Shown piece after piece: positions 12,171 to 26,844 of a DNA stretch of 64,000 bases. The stretch is from Dimorphilus gyrociliatus. Its lineage: Eukaryota > Animalia > Annelida. Under the pieces are notes generated by a model. It was not told the DNA's origin, did no database searches, and was given only the letters and a program-made list of their open reading frames with translations. A program made the translations under genes and the position numbers. Where the stretch lies: positions 2,108,001 to 2,172,000 of the forward strand of contig CAJFCJ010000001.1 of the NCBI GenBank assembly GCA_904063045.1, written 5' to 3'. Numbering within the stretch: the first letter of the stretch is position 1; the number at the start of each line of letters is the position of its first letter.

Positions 12171-12422
12171 TTCTGCGTGAAAATATTTCCTATTACCAAG
12201 TCTGATGTCCGTTGACTATATTCCGCTCTACAAATAAATCCCATAGCTCTCATACAATTTCCGGTTCCGGTAATTTGTTCTGTGCTGCCTTGTGCATTTA
12301 CTAGTATAAACTCAATAAAATTCTATTAAACTTTTGCATTTGGTAAACAATTTAGTGGATTTGAAACATCGATGATAGCGTAGTCAGTTACAACACAGCT
12401 TTAGTATCTTACTGAATCTAAC

Positions 12423-14764
12423 ATGAACAATGAAAATGTTAACGATTGGGAAAAGTCAGTCATTTTAAACAAAAAAAAATACATTCTAAACAAATTTAAA
12501 TATTTTTCTCCTTGTAAACAGTGATGAAGAATTACTAGGAGATGATGCAACTAATAATTTAAGGGTAATTATTAACAATCAATAATTTTAGCAAGTTTGA
12601 CTGATCTTTTTAAAGGAGGAAGAAATCGATGAGGAAGCTCTTCTCAGATTGTCTGACGAAGAAGAAAAGATTAAGGACGATGCACCTGATGAGTTAGTTG
12701 CATATGATATTATTTTTATATTTGAGCTCAACCATTTGCAATTACACAGAGATTTTGTGGTCGACGTCAACGCTCAAGAAGAAGAAGAGGTTCTAAATTC
12801 CAAGAACTTTGAACCCGTCGGAAACGAGGAAATTGACTCTACCAATGCTTTAGACTTTGAACCAGATGAAGAAGAAGTATCTGTTACAAAGGGACGACAT
12901 ATGAAAGAAGACGATGGCTCAGATTATGATAGTGATAATAAACAAACAAGAGAACGTTTTCGTTCTGAGAGACAAAACGTGACCAATGAAGTCAAATCAA
13001 TAGGTTGTATTTAAGTAATGGATTTCTATGATGTGGTTTAATTTAAGTAATTATTGTAGAGAGTATGCTGCCTCAGAACAAGAACAAGCCCATTAAACAT
13101 TTCATGCCCCGTACTAGGCAATTTCGTCCTAAACACAGGCCGCCTGTGCCCATGAGAAACAAACAACATGCTCTTGACTTTTTGATGGCACAAACAGCAG
13201 TTGCAGCGGCAGCCGCACCCCGAAGGTTTCCACCACCATCTTCGATGCATATTCTACCAAATTTAAGTGCTCCCGCCCCCCCACTCAACATGCCTAGTGG
13301 GCCAAGGAAAATTTTAATAAATCCACACTTTAGAGGAGAAGCAAATTCGGGTCATCCGAATAACAACTTTTCACCTTTCAATATGTCTTCTGGCCCACCA
13401 CCACCACCCTTTCCTAGTCATCCGCCACCTCCTTTCCCTCATACTGGAATGCTGCCTCCATTTGATGTTGTGCCAGGCCAACCACAGATGCAAAATTTTG
13501 GGTAAGCAATATAATATTTTTATACGTATATTTTTTATATCACTTTTTTAACAGTCAATTTCCCCCTGGACAAAATTTTCCACCTCCGTCAACAGTATGT
13601 GCTAATTAGCTCTTAGCGATCAGTTTTTAATTAATAATCTCTCTTTTTCAGCAACCCTTTCCCCCTGGATTCCCACGAATGCCATCTGCCTCAGCCAGTA
13701 ATTGGCCTCTGAATATCCCATCAAATTATGATCGGTCCAGATATAATGAACCTAGGAGACGTCGCGTTTCTTCTTCATCAAGTGACTCAGATCATCGTCA
13801 TAGCAGGCGCAGTAGGAGGAAAAGACGTTCTCGTCGAAGTTCATCTGACTCTCGTTCACCTATTCGTGGTCGTCGTTCAATTAGCCGCAGCTGGTCCAGA
13901 AGCCCAAAAAGAAGGTCTCGTTCACCGTCCATACGCAGAAAAGAGCCTAAGCAAAAAGTTAAAGAATATGTTGATACATCTAAACCTTTGTTGCAAGAAG
14001 TTGATCCTGAGTTTGCTAAGAAGCTTGAAGAACAGAAGAAGTAAGTCTTATTTGATTAATTTTTCTGCTATTCAGTAAATTATATATCATTAGGCTTAGG
14101 GAGAAAGTGCTCCGTCAAAAGGAATTACGTCGCCTGGAGAAAATTCAACAAGCAGAAGAGAACGAAAAGAAAGACGTATTTAATGAAGATAAAAACCGCT
14201 CACAAACACATAAAACCATTACTAAGACTGTCACAAAATGCTATCAGTCCAAAGAAGGTAGCATTGTTAAAACCAAAAAAGTTTTTCAAACGACTGTTCC
14301 AGTTTCAAAAGAAAAAGAAGATGACGATAGTAAAATAATTGCTAAAAAGCGCATTGTAAAATTGCCAACCGTGCAACGAGGAGCAGCGGATAGCTCAACG
14401 CAATCCGATAATCTACAAATATCTTCAGATAATAAACGAAGAATTGTTGTGGCATCAAATTCATCAAAACAGCAGAAAACCTGCAAAGTGATAGTGGAAG
14501 GTCTGTCAGAAGTCACTTCAAAACAACAATTACACAATCTAGCTACATCAATTGGAAAGGTAGACGACGTTAACGTAATGTCAAAGGAGCGCAAGGCGAT
14601 TATTACTTTCTCAAATACAGCTGACGTAGCAATGTTCGTCAGGAAATATAACAAGTATGTTTTTTATGAGGAAAAGTGCACTTATCTTCCACTAACCTCT
14701 CTTTATCATTTATAGGCATATGTTGGACCTCAGCCATATAAGCGTCGCTCCCTTTTACCAATAA
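12423..14764 (+). CDS. RBM33: RBM33-like RNA-binding protein (acidic N-terminus, Pro-rich and RS-rich middle, C-terminal RRM)
   Basis: Exons 12423-12454, 12522-12564, 12616-12692, 12750-13003, 13060-13501, 13555-13594, 13652-14040, 14094-14654, 14716-14764 join in phase. Motifs RERFRSER, PRKILINPHFRG, LREKVLRQKELRR, and an RRM ending KYNKHMLDLSHISV, all resembling RBM33. Confidence 0.82.
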
Positions 14765-17073
14765 ATGACTGTTGAAACATTTCTTTTTTTATAAATCAGG
14801 TAGGTCAATTGTTTTTTTGTATATAATTTTCATGTAGTATTTATAGTATTTTTTCTTGGTGTAAAAAATAAAAATCCTACACCTAAAAAAATTAACTTTT
14901 TTTGTTAGTGTTTGTTACGTAACTGCAGGCAGCTACGGATCCTTTTTTTAGTTGTTTTTTTTTTAAATAAAAAACAATTAAATTAATAAAAATTGTTGCT
15001 TTGCCTTCTCTATATAAAAAATAAATATATTAGTCTTATTGCTATTTGGTCTTCCACCAAGGACATAAAACCAGATATCCATTTTTTCATTTGTATTCTT
15101 TTGTTAAATCGATAACCAATGTTCGAGGTTGTGTAAAAATTCTCTCACAAGATATTAAAAAAGTATATACAGTATGAATCTAATTCTAAAAAGTTGCTTT
15201 AAAAAAATAATATGTTTTTTTTTCTCTCTTTGTCAATCAAGTTGTGCCACTATAAGGGGTATTTTGCCGCTTATTTTCTCTTTCAATTTAAAAATAAACT
15301 ACCTCTGACAGAAAGGAGTATTCAAGAGCCTTATGTCGTGTCTTCAGTGCGTAAATTGTATTATATGAATCACTGTCTTAAGTAAGGTATATTTGAAAAG
15401 TGAAAGTATAATATGTAAGGATACTATCTCTACATATTTTATATATTGAAGAATTGAATAGCAAAGTATGTGTAATAAAAGAACAAGAAAGATCACTTCC
15501 CCCACATTATATTGAAGTCAATCAGATGAAAACTAAAAGAAATAATCAATATGAATTCATATAATAATGTAATAACTCAAGCACTCATGTTGATCAACGA
15601 ATATATACATAGTTATATACAGAATATATACATATGCATAATATACTGAAAGTATAAACCTCAACGTGGGAGTGTATAGAGGTATTTTAATGATATAATA
15701 AAAGACACAAATAATTAATTGCTGTAAAAAATAATAATATAAAAAAAGAATGTTTTATACCTAATGAATAAATTACGTAAAGCTTTTTTTATACATTAAG
15801 AGTAGCCATCGACACAAAATCCAGAACTTTTAAAGAAAAAAACTGAACTTTGATCAATCTTTCTATAATGAGATATGATCAATGTCTAAACCTTTCAATA
15901 GTCCTTAAGTATTTGAAGGATTAGATGAAATAGAAACAGTCTTTAAGTGGTGGGTTTTTCTCTTAAGATCACGAATACGCCTATGTTGACTATGTCAATT
16001 GTAAAAACTCGTGTAGATTCTATTATTCATGCAAATTGTATGATATTACTACTTAAAACATTTTTTTCAACATTTCTTTCAGTTATAAAGAACGAAAAAG
16101 GGGGTCAAGAGTTCAGGAGATAAATATATCAATATTTAACTTTAAAGTTCATCGATGTTTAGTGACTTAAAAAAAGAAAAACAGAAATTAATAAGTTAAC
16201 CAGATGGCTTTTATAAAAATCTGTATGATGGAATTTCGGAGTGCGTGTTAATTTTCCAAATCAATTAATACCTTCTCTCAACTGTCTTCAGTACGTACTA
16301 AAGAAAAGAAAAACGGTTTAATTATAAAAATGAAATATATAATTAAAGATAGAAAAATTTTCCCAGGTTACTTGTGTTATTATGTTTTACGAAATAAGAA
16401 TAATTATAATAATAGTCTATCTGCGGCGTAATAAGCTTACTTCATAAGAAATCTTCTTCAATGCTCTCCATACGACATATTGCAACAAATATCTTTGTCG
16501 TAGTTTAATATTAGGACACGTGAAACAAGTGCATCAAAATAAATAATTTTCGTTATTCTTTTTACTACAAAATGAAATGATACATATCGTAAAGATAAAG
16601 ATATTGGCTGAAATGTACGTCACGGTCGTTCTATTATTGGTTTTTTTCCCCCCTACTTACACAGTAGCCTTCAACCAAAGTGAAGAGGAAGATTAATATT
16701 ATTATTACAGGAAATAAACATATTTTAAAGGAAACTTATAATTCATAAAACAATAAAATATACGTTTGCATTGACTACAAAATTGTAGAAAACGACAATA
16801 CTATTTGCAGATTCAGATAATTTTCTTGGAACTGTCAATTCTAGTAAGTCCTATAACAGGGTCTGGTGGGCCTTGTTCGGATTTTCAGCCAATCAGCTAC
16901 TTCCGACTATTTAATTTAATATTCATGAGCTCATTATGCGATACACGCCAGCAGTCTGCCACTCTATTCTCTGACATTCTAGAGTAATATTATATGAATA
17001 AGAAGATTTTAACCGAAATCAAGCAAAGTCTATCATTAATTTTTGGTACAAATTTTAAGATTCTCTTCATACT

Positions 17074-20000
17074 ATGCTTTCCGAAAATACGGAAGCGTTG
17101 ATAACGTCTTCCCACGTCAACTCTACAGAAGGCGCGGATACATTATTCACACAAGGTATATTAATACAAAATGGCCGCCTATAGCGTTATTTCGGCGCAT
17201 GCGCGAAGTTTGAAAATATTAATTCATTATTTCGTAATCTTAATTTTGCGTTTTACAGACCTAGGAGTCATCAAACATGAGGATAATCTATCACTGGAAA
17301 CCAGCCCATCGCCTACTCAATATCGCGAATTGCCTGTTATGAACGATTTGCATAATTTTCCAAATACAACTAACGACGACGATCTTAGTGGATACTTAAA
17401 TTTTAAAGATCAGAAAGATGATATTTCTAATTTTTTGATCCCTTCAAATACTGATAATGGTATCGAGACCCAAATGAGTATAACTGAAAGATCCGGTAAC
17501 ATGACATTGAGCGAAGGTACCGAAGAAGCAAATGGGAACATACTTTGTTTTTCTGACGAGGATTTTCGTGACGGTGTTCCCCGCAAAGCTAGAAAACATT
17601 CACTTACTGAGAGTCCATCTTCTTATTCGTCTCCAACCTCTACTGCACTTAGTGACGATTTTTACTGCGCAAGTTCGTCCAGTCAGTATACCTTTACCCA
17701 ATTCGGTTCGAACGTCCAAGGAGCCTCCAAATTCTTCACCAGTCCCACTTTAGTAAAAGACTCCATAAGCGGTCCACAGTACGTTCACCTTGCGGCATTT
17801 CTTTAAATATAGATTTTTCAGGTTTTAACCGTCTTATTTTATGCAGATCGTCATCTTTTGTAAGTGAACCTGAGCAGACCAAAACGAAAATAAAGCAATT
17901 GCATTTAAACCAACCGAATATACCGCATTCACAGGACGGTTGCAGTTTAGTAATTCTTAGTCAACCCGAAAAACAACATAGAGCACGTTATCAGACGGAA
18001 GGTAGTAGGGGCGCTATAAAAGATAGAGAGGGCAACGGTTATCCGAAAGTCAAATTAAACGGTTATACCGGTGGCGATAATCTCACTCTTCAAATTTTTA
18101 TCGGTGTGGATAGCGGAAAGGTCAAGCCGCATGGTTTTTATCAGGCATGTCCCGTATCGGGAAAAAACCAAGAACATTGTGAAGAAAGAAACGTTGACGG
18201 TAATTCCGTCATTGAGATGCCTCTAGAGGCGTCTAATAATTATGAAGCTTTGTAAGTATTTAGACTTCGACATGCTGTATTAAAAAAAAAAATATATAGA
18301 CTTTGGCTGATCGCCAATGTCTGCAAATATTTTATATAACTTGTTTACGTAACTAGTATTGATCTGTTTAAATTGAGGATTGGTTGAGGGTAATTAAATA
18401 CTATACTTGGCAAATACGCATTAAATGAATAATAAATACAAATATTCAATTTTTTTTTATAGGGTTGATTGTGTTGGAATTTTAAAGTTAAGAAACGCAG
18501 ACGTTGAGAAGAAAGTAGATAATAAGGCTAAAAGGAAATCAACCAAAGCTAGACTAGTATTCCGAGTGTCTTTTCAGTCAGCAGACGGCACTCATTCTAT
18601 AACTCTGCAACAGACCTCAGATGTAATATCTTGCAGTAAGTATCATTAATATTAATATTTTACAATGGATTTATTAATGTTAAAAGAAATACTTTATATT
18701 GATATAATTCTTTTTAATATATAATTAAATTTGTATAGCTCAACCTGCTGGTCAGCCTGAAGTGTGCAAGAAGAGTATATCATCTTTACCGGTGGCTGGT
18801 ATTGGGGAACAAGGACACAGAGACATGTTTATTATCGGAAAAAATTTCGCAAAAGGTACTGTTGTTAAGTTTTTCTCTGGCGATTGGTGTCAACAAGGAA
18901 AGATCGATTCTGAGTGTTTTCACCAGGTAGGCTTCTTAATTCTTCTTTATGATTAAATCTTTTCTTAAGTCGCATTTTTTGTACCCCCCTCAACGCTTAT
19001 AGCACCACATGGTCGTAACCGTTCCTGAATATGGTGATCCAGAAATAAAAGAACCTACAACGGTAACGATGCAAATTCAAAGTGGCGCAAGACACAGCGA
19101 ACCGATTCAATTCACTTTCTTGCCCAGTAAGTCGTTTGTATTTGATTTGTAGAGATAGGTATCCGCGGAGGCATTTTCAAAACCGATCTGGTTATTGCTG
19201 CACTGACGAGGTTAATCTATTTAATGCATATATTTTAGCTTTGTACGACAACCGTCACAGATCTCAGAAGGCGTATCATTTTAGGTTGATTGTATAATCA
19301 ATTAGGAAAATTATCCGGCTGTAGAGTAAACTTTGTACTTATGCTATCCTAGTTTATTACGTAGTGTAGTAACGTCTAGCGAGATTTGTGACGGCAGAAA
19401 AACTTACGATTTTCACTTGATTGCGATAGAGCACTTCTTTTGCCTTAACGAAATCTCCAATTCATAAACTTATATATATTAACTCGACTTTTGTTATATA
19501 TATATAAGGTGATTTCATATATTTAAATAATAATGAAACGTTGCTTAATCACTAAAAATTTCTTTTATGAATTCGTTTTAAATTAATTTGGACAGACAAC
19601 ATAAATCATCAAGTTTTCTGATATTAAATTCTAAGGCTTTATCGTAATCTATTTACTTTATTGTGATTATAAGAAATTCTATGTAATGACTCAAGGTGTC
19701 AGCATGATCAATCTGCCGAGTTAATTTTGAGAAGTAGATGAAGATCACTAGAAATTTATTTTAAGACCAAGAGATGAAAGCAATCCACAGTTTCACCAAT
19801 CATTATTCCTTTTTTGATATTTGTGCGTTTTGTACTTTGTACAATCATCGAATAATTGTTATGTAAATAGTGTCGTTAACAATATCCAAACAAGTCATAA
19901 GAAATCTGGCATTACACCTGCTTCATATATTCATATACATATATATTACCCAATAACAAATATTATTTAATTAATCTTCATAAGGTATCTTTCCCACATT

Positions 20001-22684
20001 TCTCCATAATCTCATTATGTATAAATTTAAGTAAAGCAACACAATTATATGACAAATAGTCAGCTATACAGAATATATATTTATATAATTTATATACTGT
20101 ATATATTTATATAAATGCTTGAATCTCTTGGTTATATTCAAAATTTATAACTTTTTTCTAAAAATAATAATAATCTATTTAACTGTCGATTCAAGAATGT
20201 CAGAAAAAAAGATATAAAATTTGTTAAAAGCTTAAAATTTATAAAAACAAATTTAAAACTTATTATTTTTTTCTTTTAAGACCGATTTCACTGTATTTGT
20301 TTAAGACTATTATTCCTATAGAATTTACCATATTTCTTTCATTAAAGAAGTCACGATATCTATTTTTAAAAGGAAAGAATATTAAGTAGATTGTCTAGTG
20401 AGGATAAGGGTAGGATATAGGGATATTAATTAATCTCATATTTGAAAACTCGGCAGGGTCGGTTCATAATAAGTAAACTAACATGTTATTTTCGAAAATT
20501 GACTTAAAGTGTAGCTCTGGTCACCGACACAATGAAGGAATGTGAGTTTCTTTTTTATCCTCAACACGTTTCTTCAACCCATTTCGTTTGTTTTTTATCT
20601 CGTACGCTTTAGAAAATTGCGCGCAGAAGCTTTCCTTTTTAGGAGGTGGCCAAGCTACACGATGGGTCAGTTTTTTTGTTACTGTTTGTTAGGAGTGGAT
20701 GAGTTTGCAGTTTCGTTCATTTCCCCTCGACGTCCATTGCGTGACTGCATCTGTTCATCATTTTTGTTCTTGCTAATCTCACTCGATAAGTCGCTGAAAT
20801 TGATATGACGTTATTTTCATATATTGAGAGTCTCACTATCTTGGCTGTGGCGTTCGAGTGTGATTAGCTCGTAGTTTGGAAGGATTGTGATTTGTCGATT
20901 TCTAGCATTTATGGGTCCGGTCGGGGAAAGAAAGTGTCTACCACTTTCTTTCGCGGCTGGAAGGGAGAGGAGGGATCACTACTACAATGCATAATATATA
21001 GGGGTTTGGCATAAAATAATCTACTTCTCCAGGACGTGATGACTTCAGGAAGTACAGACTTCGCCTGTTTAAAGAGGCACTCGTAGTTGACACAGTAAGG
21101 CAGCCTTATTAACCGCTGCGAAATTTTTCTAAAGGTTCATGTCATCTTTTGTCCTCCAACTTTGCGGTCATCGCGTTTGTACAATTTTTTAACGCATACA
21201 AATGTCTACGTGTCTTGTCTTCAACAAATGTGCCCGTATCATTCGCCTAACCTTTGCCCGGTAAACTGATTACTCTTTGACCTACTTTTAATATAGGGCG
21301 TTCCTCTTATTAGGAACTGTAGTGTGATATTTGTTCATTTTATTCTTCCAACTAATCTTATATTTTTTTCTATGATAATCTTATATTATGGGAAAAAATA
21401 TTCAAAATTCATTATCACTTATTCATATTCATTCACCTTTGAAGATACAAATTCTCTATTGCTAGGATACAAATAGAAAGTATTTGGCCGATTTGAAGCA
21501 CCTACGCTAACTTCGCTATTAAGTTTCTTTGTATCATATATACCTTTATTTATCTATCTAGTAGAAATATATATATATATATATAAATTTATATATATGT
21601 ACATATATATATATATGATATATACATATATGTATTTATTTATGTGATGTTTTTTCTTAACAAAAACATATTCGCCTCCACGGAAATTATAATTTATTAT
21701 GTTTAAATTATATAAAGTGAAATTTAATTAATTTTTCAACTCAAAAGAGAAATGTACGCTACGAGAAACTGCTAACAAACTATTTGTTAATTCTTCTAAA
21801 TTTACCGAATCACCCGTCAGATATCAGTATGATTAATAATTTTTTATATTTTTTCTTAAATTGGTGTATACAATCATACAAAATGAGAATAGCTAATGTA
21901 TTGAAGAAAAATTCAAATCATTTTTTATTATAATAAGTTAAGAAACCCACACAACTATTTATATTAAACATTTATATGTATTGTGTTGTATACTGTATAT
22001 ACTGTGCTTAAACAGCATTGTATATATGCTATAGATATATTTAAATATTAAATCTAAACGAAAATTATTTTATATGATTTATATATATATTATTTATAAA
22101 TATAGTGTGCAATATGTTTTTATACAGTATATACGTAAAAAATGCCTCGCTACAGACAACACAATATATTCTTTAATAAATAACAAGTATTTCTCTACAG
22201 CCAATCCGTAAATATCTGAGATTACCCTCTACTTTTTCTTTTATTATTATTATTGCAACTTTCATATGTATTTATATATACTGTATATATATATATATAC
22301 ATACGTGTGCTGTAATTCGTAATCAAATATCCCCTATGAGTTTAAAGTCTAAACTGTTTTTAAAAACTATTATAAAATAACCTTCATGGAATATTAACGG
22401 ATTATGCTGTAACACAAGTAAGCTATCTGTTTTTCGTTAAAATCTTTTGTTTACTGGGCCAAGGTTTATACATTCACTTTAAGAAAATAGAAATGTTATA
22501 CGTCCAATGTTCCTTCTAATCGAGATCGTTTTCTTTCCTTCTAGAGTCTATATTGAAGTTTGCTGATGTGATTCAAGATTAATTTTTTTAAGTCTTAGGT
22601 TTCAGGAGGCATACTGCGTACATTTACACGTGATAAATATCTCTAATATACATATATATATATATACATATATGTATGTGAATT

Positions 22685-22736
<52 letters not shown>

Positions 22737-24830
22737 GTAAAGATATGTAGTTTTTTAGATTTTGATATTTTTTTATACAAAAATGTTTACATCTTTTGTT
22801 TTTTACTTTACACGATAGAAATCGTACTGTAATTTGATGCTTTTTACTTTACTGTAAGGGATAATATAAAAAAAATACAATTTTTTTATATTAATAAATA
22901 TGAGAAGCATCGAAGCAGTACTGTAATTTAAGCATATTTTCTATAATACATTCGTTCCCACGTAGGCCAACTCTCGCTGTTTTTTTTTTAACATATATTT
23001 ATATTTTAGTATATACATATATTAAATTATATATAGATATATGTTAATTTATTTATACTTTTATTCATGCATAAATATTTATACGACAAGTATACTTATG
23101 TATATAGGCTATTCTTGAACAGTAAAGTATAGAATGTGTATATTTTTATGTTAATACTTTCTGAATATAATAACATTGTATTACATAAAACATTTTGTAT
23201 GAACATATTTTTGTTTATACAGAATATTTTATATCAATGTATTAACAAATCAATATACTCTTTTTCTTAATTGAAAGCGAAAATATAACTGGATTAAATA
23301 TCAATTAGGATTTTTTTACATGTAAATTAATCTTAATTATATATGTATTGATAATATTTCTAGGGAAAAAATATATTAATATATATAGAAATATATTAAT
23401 TTATATCTATATGTTTAATATATTATAATCTAATGTTATAATAGTACATATATAATGATTATACATGTATTTCAAGAGACATATACATAATTATACTTAT
23501 TTAAAAGTAGCCTTTAATTAGCTTCAATCAGTTTATTCCGAATAAAAGAAATATTTGAATGTCATTTAATTCTAAATTTTCATGTGATTCAGTTTCGATG
23601 TCGGAAAGTGTACAAGCCATGGATACGGCGATATCACCTACAGTTAGTTCGAGCACTCCATCATGTGTCTCGCCAGGTAATGAATTACATTTTTATGATT
23701 TTTATAGGCATTCTAACAAAACCTTTACTGTTCAACAGAGGCTCTGGAGATACAGCAAAGAATGTTCGATATGACGAAAGCGGATGGAAATACATCAAGC
23801 GTCTTGAAGCAGATGTTACTGTGCTCCCCATCAGAAGTCAAGAACACCTCACCTTCGTCTTTGCCACCGCCACCAAGAACTGTAGCTGATTTATTACAGG
23901 AAAAAAAACAGACAAACAACAGATTCAATGGAAATGATGATAACATGATAAACGTCTCAAACTCCCTCCCAGTTATTAATAATAGGGTTGTTACTAAGCA
24001 AATGAATGGAAACCCAATTGTAAATCCAACAGTACAATTGTTACAGAACAGCCAAATACTCAATCAACCACCGTCTCAATCTATCGTAATACCAACATCA
24101 AATATCGTTACGTCCCAGCAGAATGTTACGACCAATAGTCAGTTAATTCAAAGCTTAATCAATAGTTCATCGCTACAGCAAGTCAATATGAACAGTATTA
24201 GTGGTAGCACTCAGACGATTAACACCCAGTTGCTAAATCAAGCACAACAGCAGCAGCCACAATCCTTTATTTTAACTAACAGCAACACTTCCAATGTACC
24301 TGCAACACCCATATTGATTGTTCCTCAATCGAATCAGAATAATGGATTAGCGCAGATCTTGCAAGGTAATTTATAAATAGATAACATCGAAGTATCATAT
24401 TAATTAAAAATATATGTCCTACAGTGTTTACAAATTCTACTCCAACACCATCAACAACGCAAATGTTGCATGAAGAACTAAATGTAAATCCAAGTCCTTG
24501 TAAGTTTGACAATTAAAATAAAAGATATAAATAATAACAAGAACATTTTTATTATTGTTCCGATAGTTGAATCATTTTTAACCTAGTTAAAGATTAATCA
24601 AAAGTAATGAAAATTAGATGAGAGAAACAACCTGTAAGAAACTATATGTATTTGTACATTAACTGTATTTATTATTATTTTATTCTTGTTTTTGTGTATC
24701 CCCATATACATTGCATATAGATATATGTATTTTGTACATAAACATGTATATATGTAATGTATATTTTTATTAGAATTAATTTTTCCTTATTTTTTCTCTT
24801 TTAAAAAAAAATGCAGGCATTAAATATTGA
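17074..24830 (+). CDS. NFAT5: NFAT5-like Rel-homology transcription factor
   Basis: Exons 17074-17155, 17259-17778, 17847-18251, 18463-18635, 18739-18926, 19003-19126, 23593-23676, 23739-24365, 24425-24499, 24817-24830. RHD QPEKQHRARYQTEGSRGAIKDR, VDCVGILKLRNADVE, IPT domain (FIIGKNFAKG), Q/S/N-rich tail. No PxIxIT calcineurin site seen. The 3' exon joins are less certain. Confidence 0.9.
17168..17204 (+). promoter_or_regulatory. YY1-like (AAAATGGCCGCC) and NRF1-like (GCGCATGCGC) motifs in NFAT5 intron 1
   Basis: Motifs at 17168-17179 and 17195-17204 read directly. Both are typical core-promoter elements. Confidence 0.45.
20515..20541 (+). CDS. Candidate 27-nt NFAT5 cassette microexon (TLVTDTMKE)
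   Basis: AG|CTCTGG...GGAAT|GTGAGT, phase 1 on both sides like the flanking exons, with a consensus ACTAAC branch point at 20477-20482. Confidence 0.45.
22689..22732. repeat. (AT)n microsatellite
   Basis: Uninterrupted AT run in the long NFAT5 intron. Confidence 0.95.
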
Positions 24831-25506
24831 TTCACTAACGTTTTATATTTTACTTGAAAGCTTATACACAACATATTGCAGTTTTTTGTTGTGTTATTTA
24901 CCCTAAATGAAGAACACTATTTTAAGTGTAATTGGTCATGGAATGTTAATTAATTATACTTTATGTTATTACGTTCCCGCTTCTTTTGTTTTCATACAAA
25001 ATTGTGTTAAGTAAATAAATAAAAGAATTTAATGATTAAATAATTTCTTCTTTCTTTCTTATCTTTTAAGTACAATAGATAATAAAAAAAGGTAAATTTT
25101 TTAATATTTAGTCATCTTTTTGAATACTATTGTCATTACTACATTCAACTCAACGTTATCTTTCGTGAAGCACATTTTCTAATCTTAATGATAAGTGAAA
25201 TTTGTGTCTGAAATATCTACTCTTTTGAACTTGAGTCTTCATATTACAACATTGAACTGTTAAACTTATCATTAAAACTTTATTTTAGTTAATCTATAGA
25301 CTTTTACTATTGAAATATCACTCCCAGGTGGCGTTCAATAACCGGCATGAATTTGTTGCCGTGCATACAATTCTAGTAATTATAGACCAGTAAATCACGC
25401 CTACTTCTTACTTGTTTATTCAACTCTAGGTGGCACTCTATACAAAATTAATCCACCCAACAGCTAACTTGTTTTAGATTTTTCATCCTTAACAAACCCC
25501 ATAGAG

Positions 25507-26367
25507 ATGCCATTCAAGGTAAGTTTTTATCGATATATTAGCTTTTGCCTTTGAAATATCGTAATACTTCTCTTATCTGCAAAATTAGATGCTAATTATA
25601 CAATAATTATAGCAGAGGAAGTATAAATAATAAGTCCTATAGTCCTATAGTTAGGAATTAAGAAACTTTTGCAAAAGAGCAAAGAACAATGATATCATTT
25701 CGAAGAAAGGTAACAATCTAGTTTTATCTTATTCATTAATCGAATTTATCTACTCATGACGGTCAGAAAAATATATTTCTTACTTTATTATCCAGATACT
25801 TGATGCTAAAAATTGATAAGGTAACTTTAAATAATCAAACTAGAATCAAAAAGAAAACAATGACTTTGTGTTAAACAAACTAAAAAGATATTTCCAAAGG
25901 AAATGGCAATAAATAATGCCTTCTATAAATTAAGTAAATATCGAGTGAGACTATTTTCACAAAATCCCACCTATTATCAGTATATACTACCAATGCAGCT
26001 GTGTAATATCTTATACTATAGGATTCCGTAGCATTTGTTTTGCTTACTTTGCAAAAACTGCAAATCTGGAAATAAAAAAAATTCAACAGGCTCCAGAACC
26101 GGAACGTTGTGTCGTGTGCAAAAAGGCTGTGTATCAGCAGGAGAGGCAGGAGGCTGGCGGTTTAAAATTTCACAAGAATTGCTTCAAGTGTTCCGTGTGC
26201 AAAAAACCGCTAAAGTAAGTTTATATATCAACATAAAACTTTTACGCCAACATTTTTTCACAATTAATTACAGTTTGAACAACTATGCCCAATCGGAAGG
26301 AATAGTATTCTGTAAGAACGATTATCAGAAGGAAGTTGTCGCAAAGAATACTCAAGTTGTTACTTAA
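25507..26367 (+). CDS. Single-LIM-domain protein (muscle LIM protein / CRIP-like)
   Basis: Exons 25507-25518, 26090-26214, 26274-26367. MPFKAPEPERCVVCKKAVYQQER-AGGLKFHKNCFKCSVCKKPL-VFCKNDY, a complete LIM Zn-ligand pattern with Asp as the last ligand. Confidence 0.9.
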
Positions 26368-26790
26368 ATATCTTTAATTAGAAAAAGAATCTGGTTTTTC
26401 ACATGGATCTAATACCTTTCTAAAAATACTTTTTGCTGTGCCAAAGGAAGAGTTTAATCAAATAGTAAATTTAAGTGATTCTTTTCTCCTCATTCTGAAA
26501 ATTAGATGCTTATAATCAAATTTTAAAGAATAAATCAAAATGATAAATAGTGTTCAATTATAACAAGTTGAAACATGAAATTTTACTAGTTCTAAGTAAA
26601 TTAGCAACCAATTTAACTGAAAAGTTCGTATATCACAGGGGAATTGGCTGTACTTTATATTCATGTATATGTTTATTACATCAGAGAAATAGTTTTATTG
26701 GGGAAAAAAAATGCTATTAATTTCCAATAATTCTGATGGAAATAGAACTAAAAACAAAAATATGAAAGTGAAGAGATAGATACCATATAT

Positions 26791-26792
26791 AT

Positions 26793-26828
<36 letters not shown>
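26791..26828. repeat. (AT)n microsatellite
   Basis: AT run between the convergent LIM and TRNAU1AP 3' ends. Confidence 0.9.
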
Positions 26829-26836
<8 letters not shown>

Positions 26837-26844
26837 TGTATATT

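Noticed and set aside
25486-25504. U12-type branch point TCCTTAAC 11 nt before an AG ahead of the LIM gene ATG
   Set aside because: No matching GTATCCTT or ATATCCTT donor found upstream, so a minor-class intron is unsupported.
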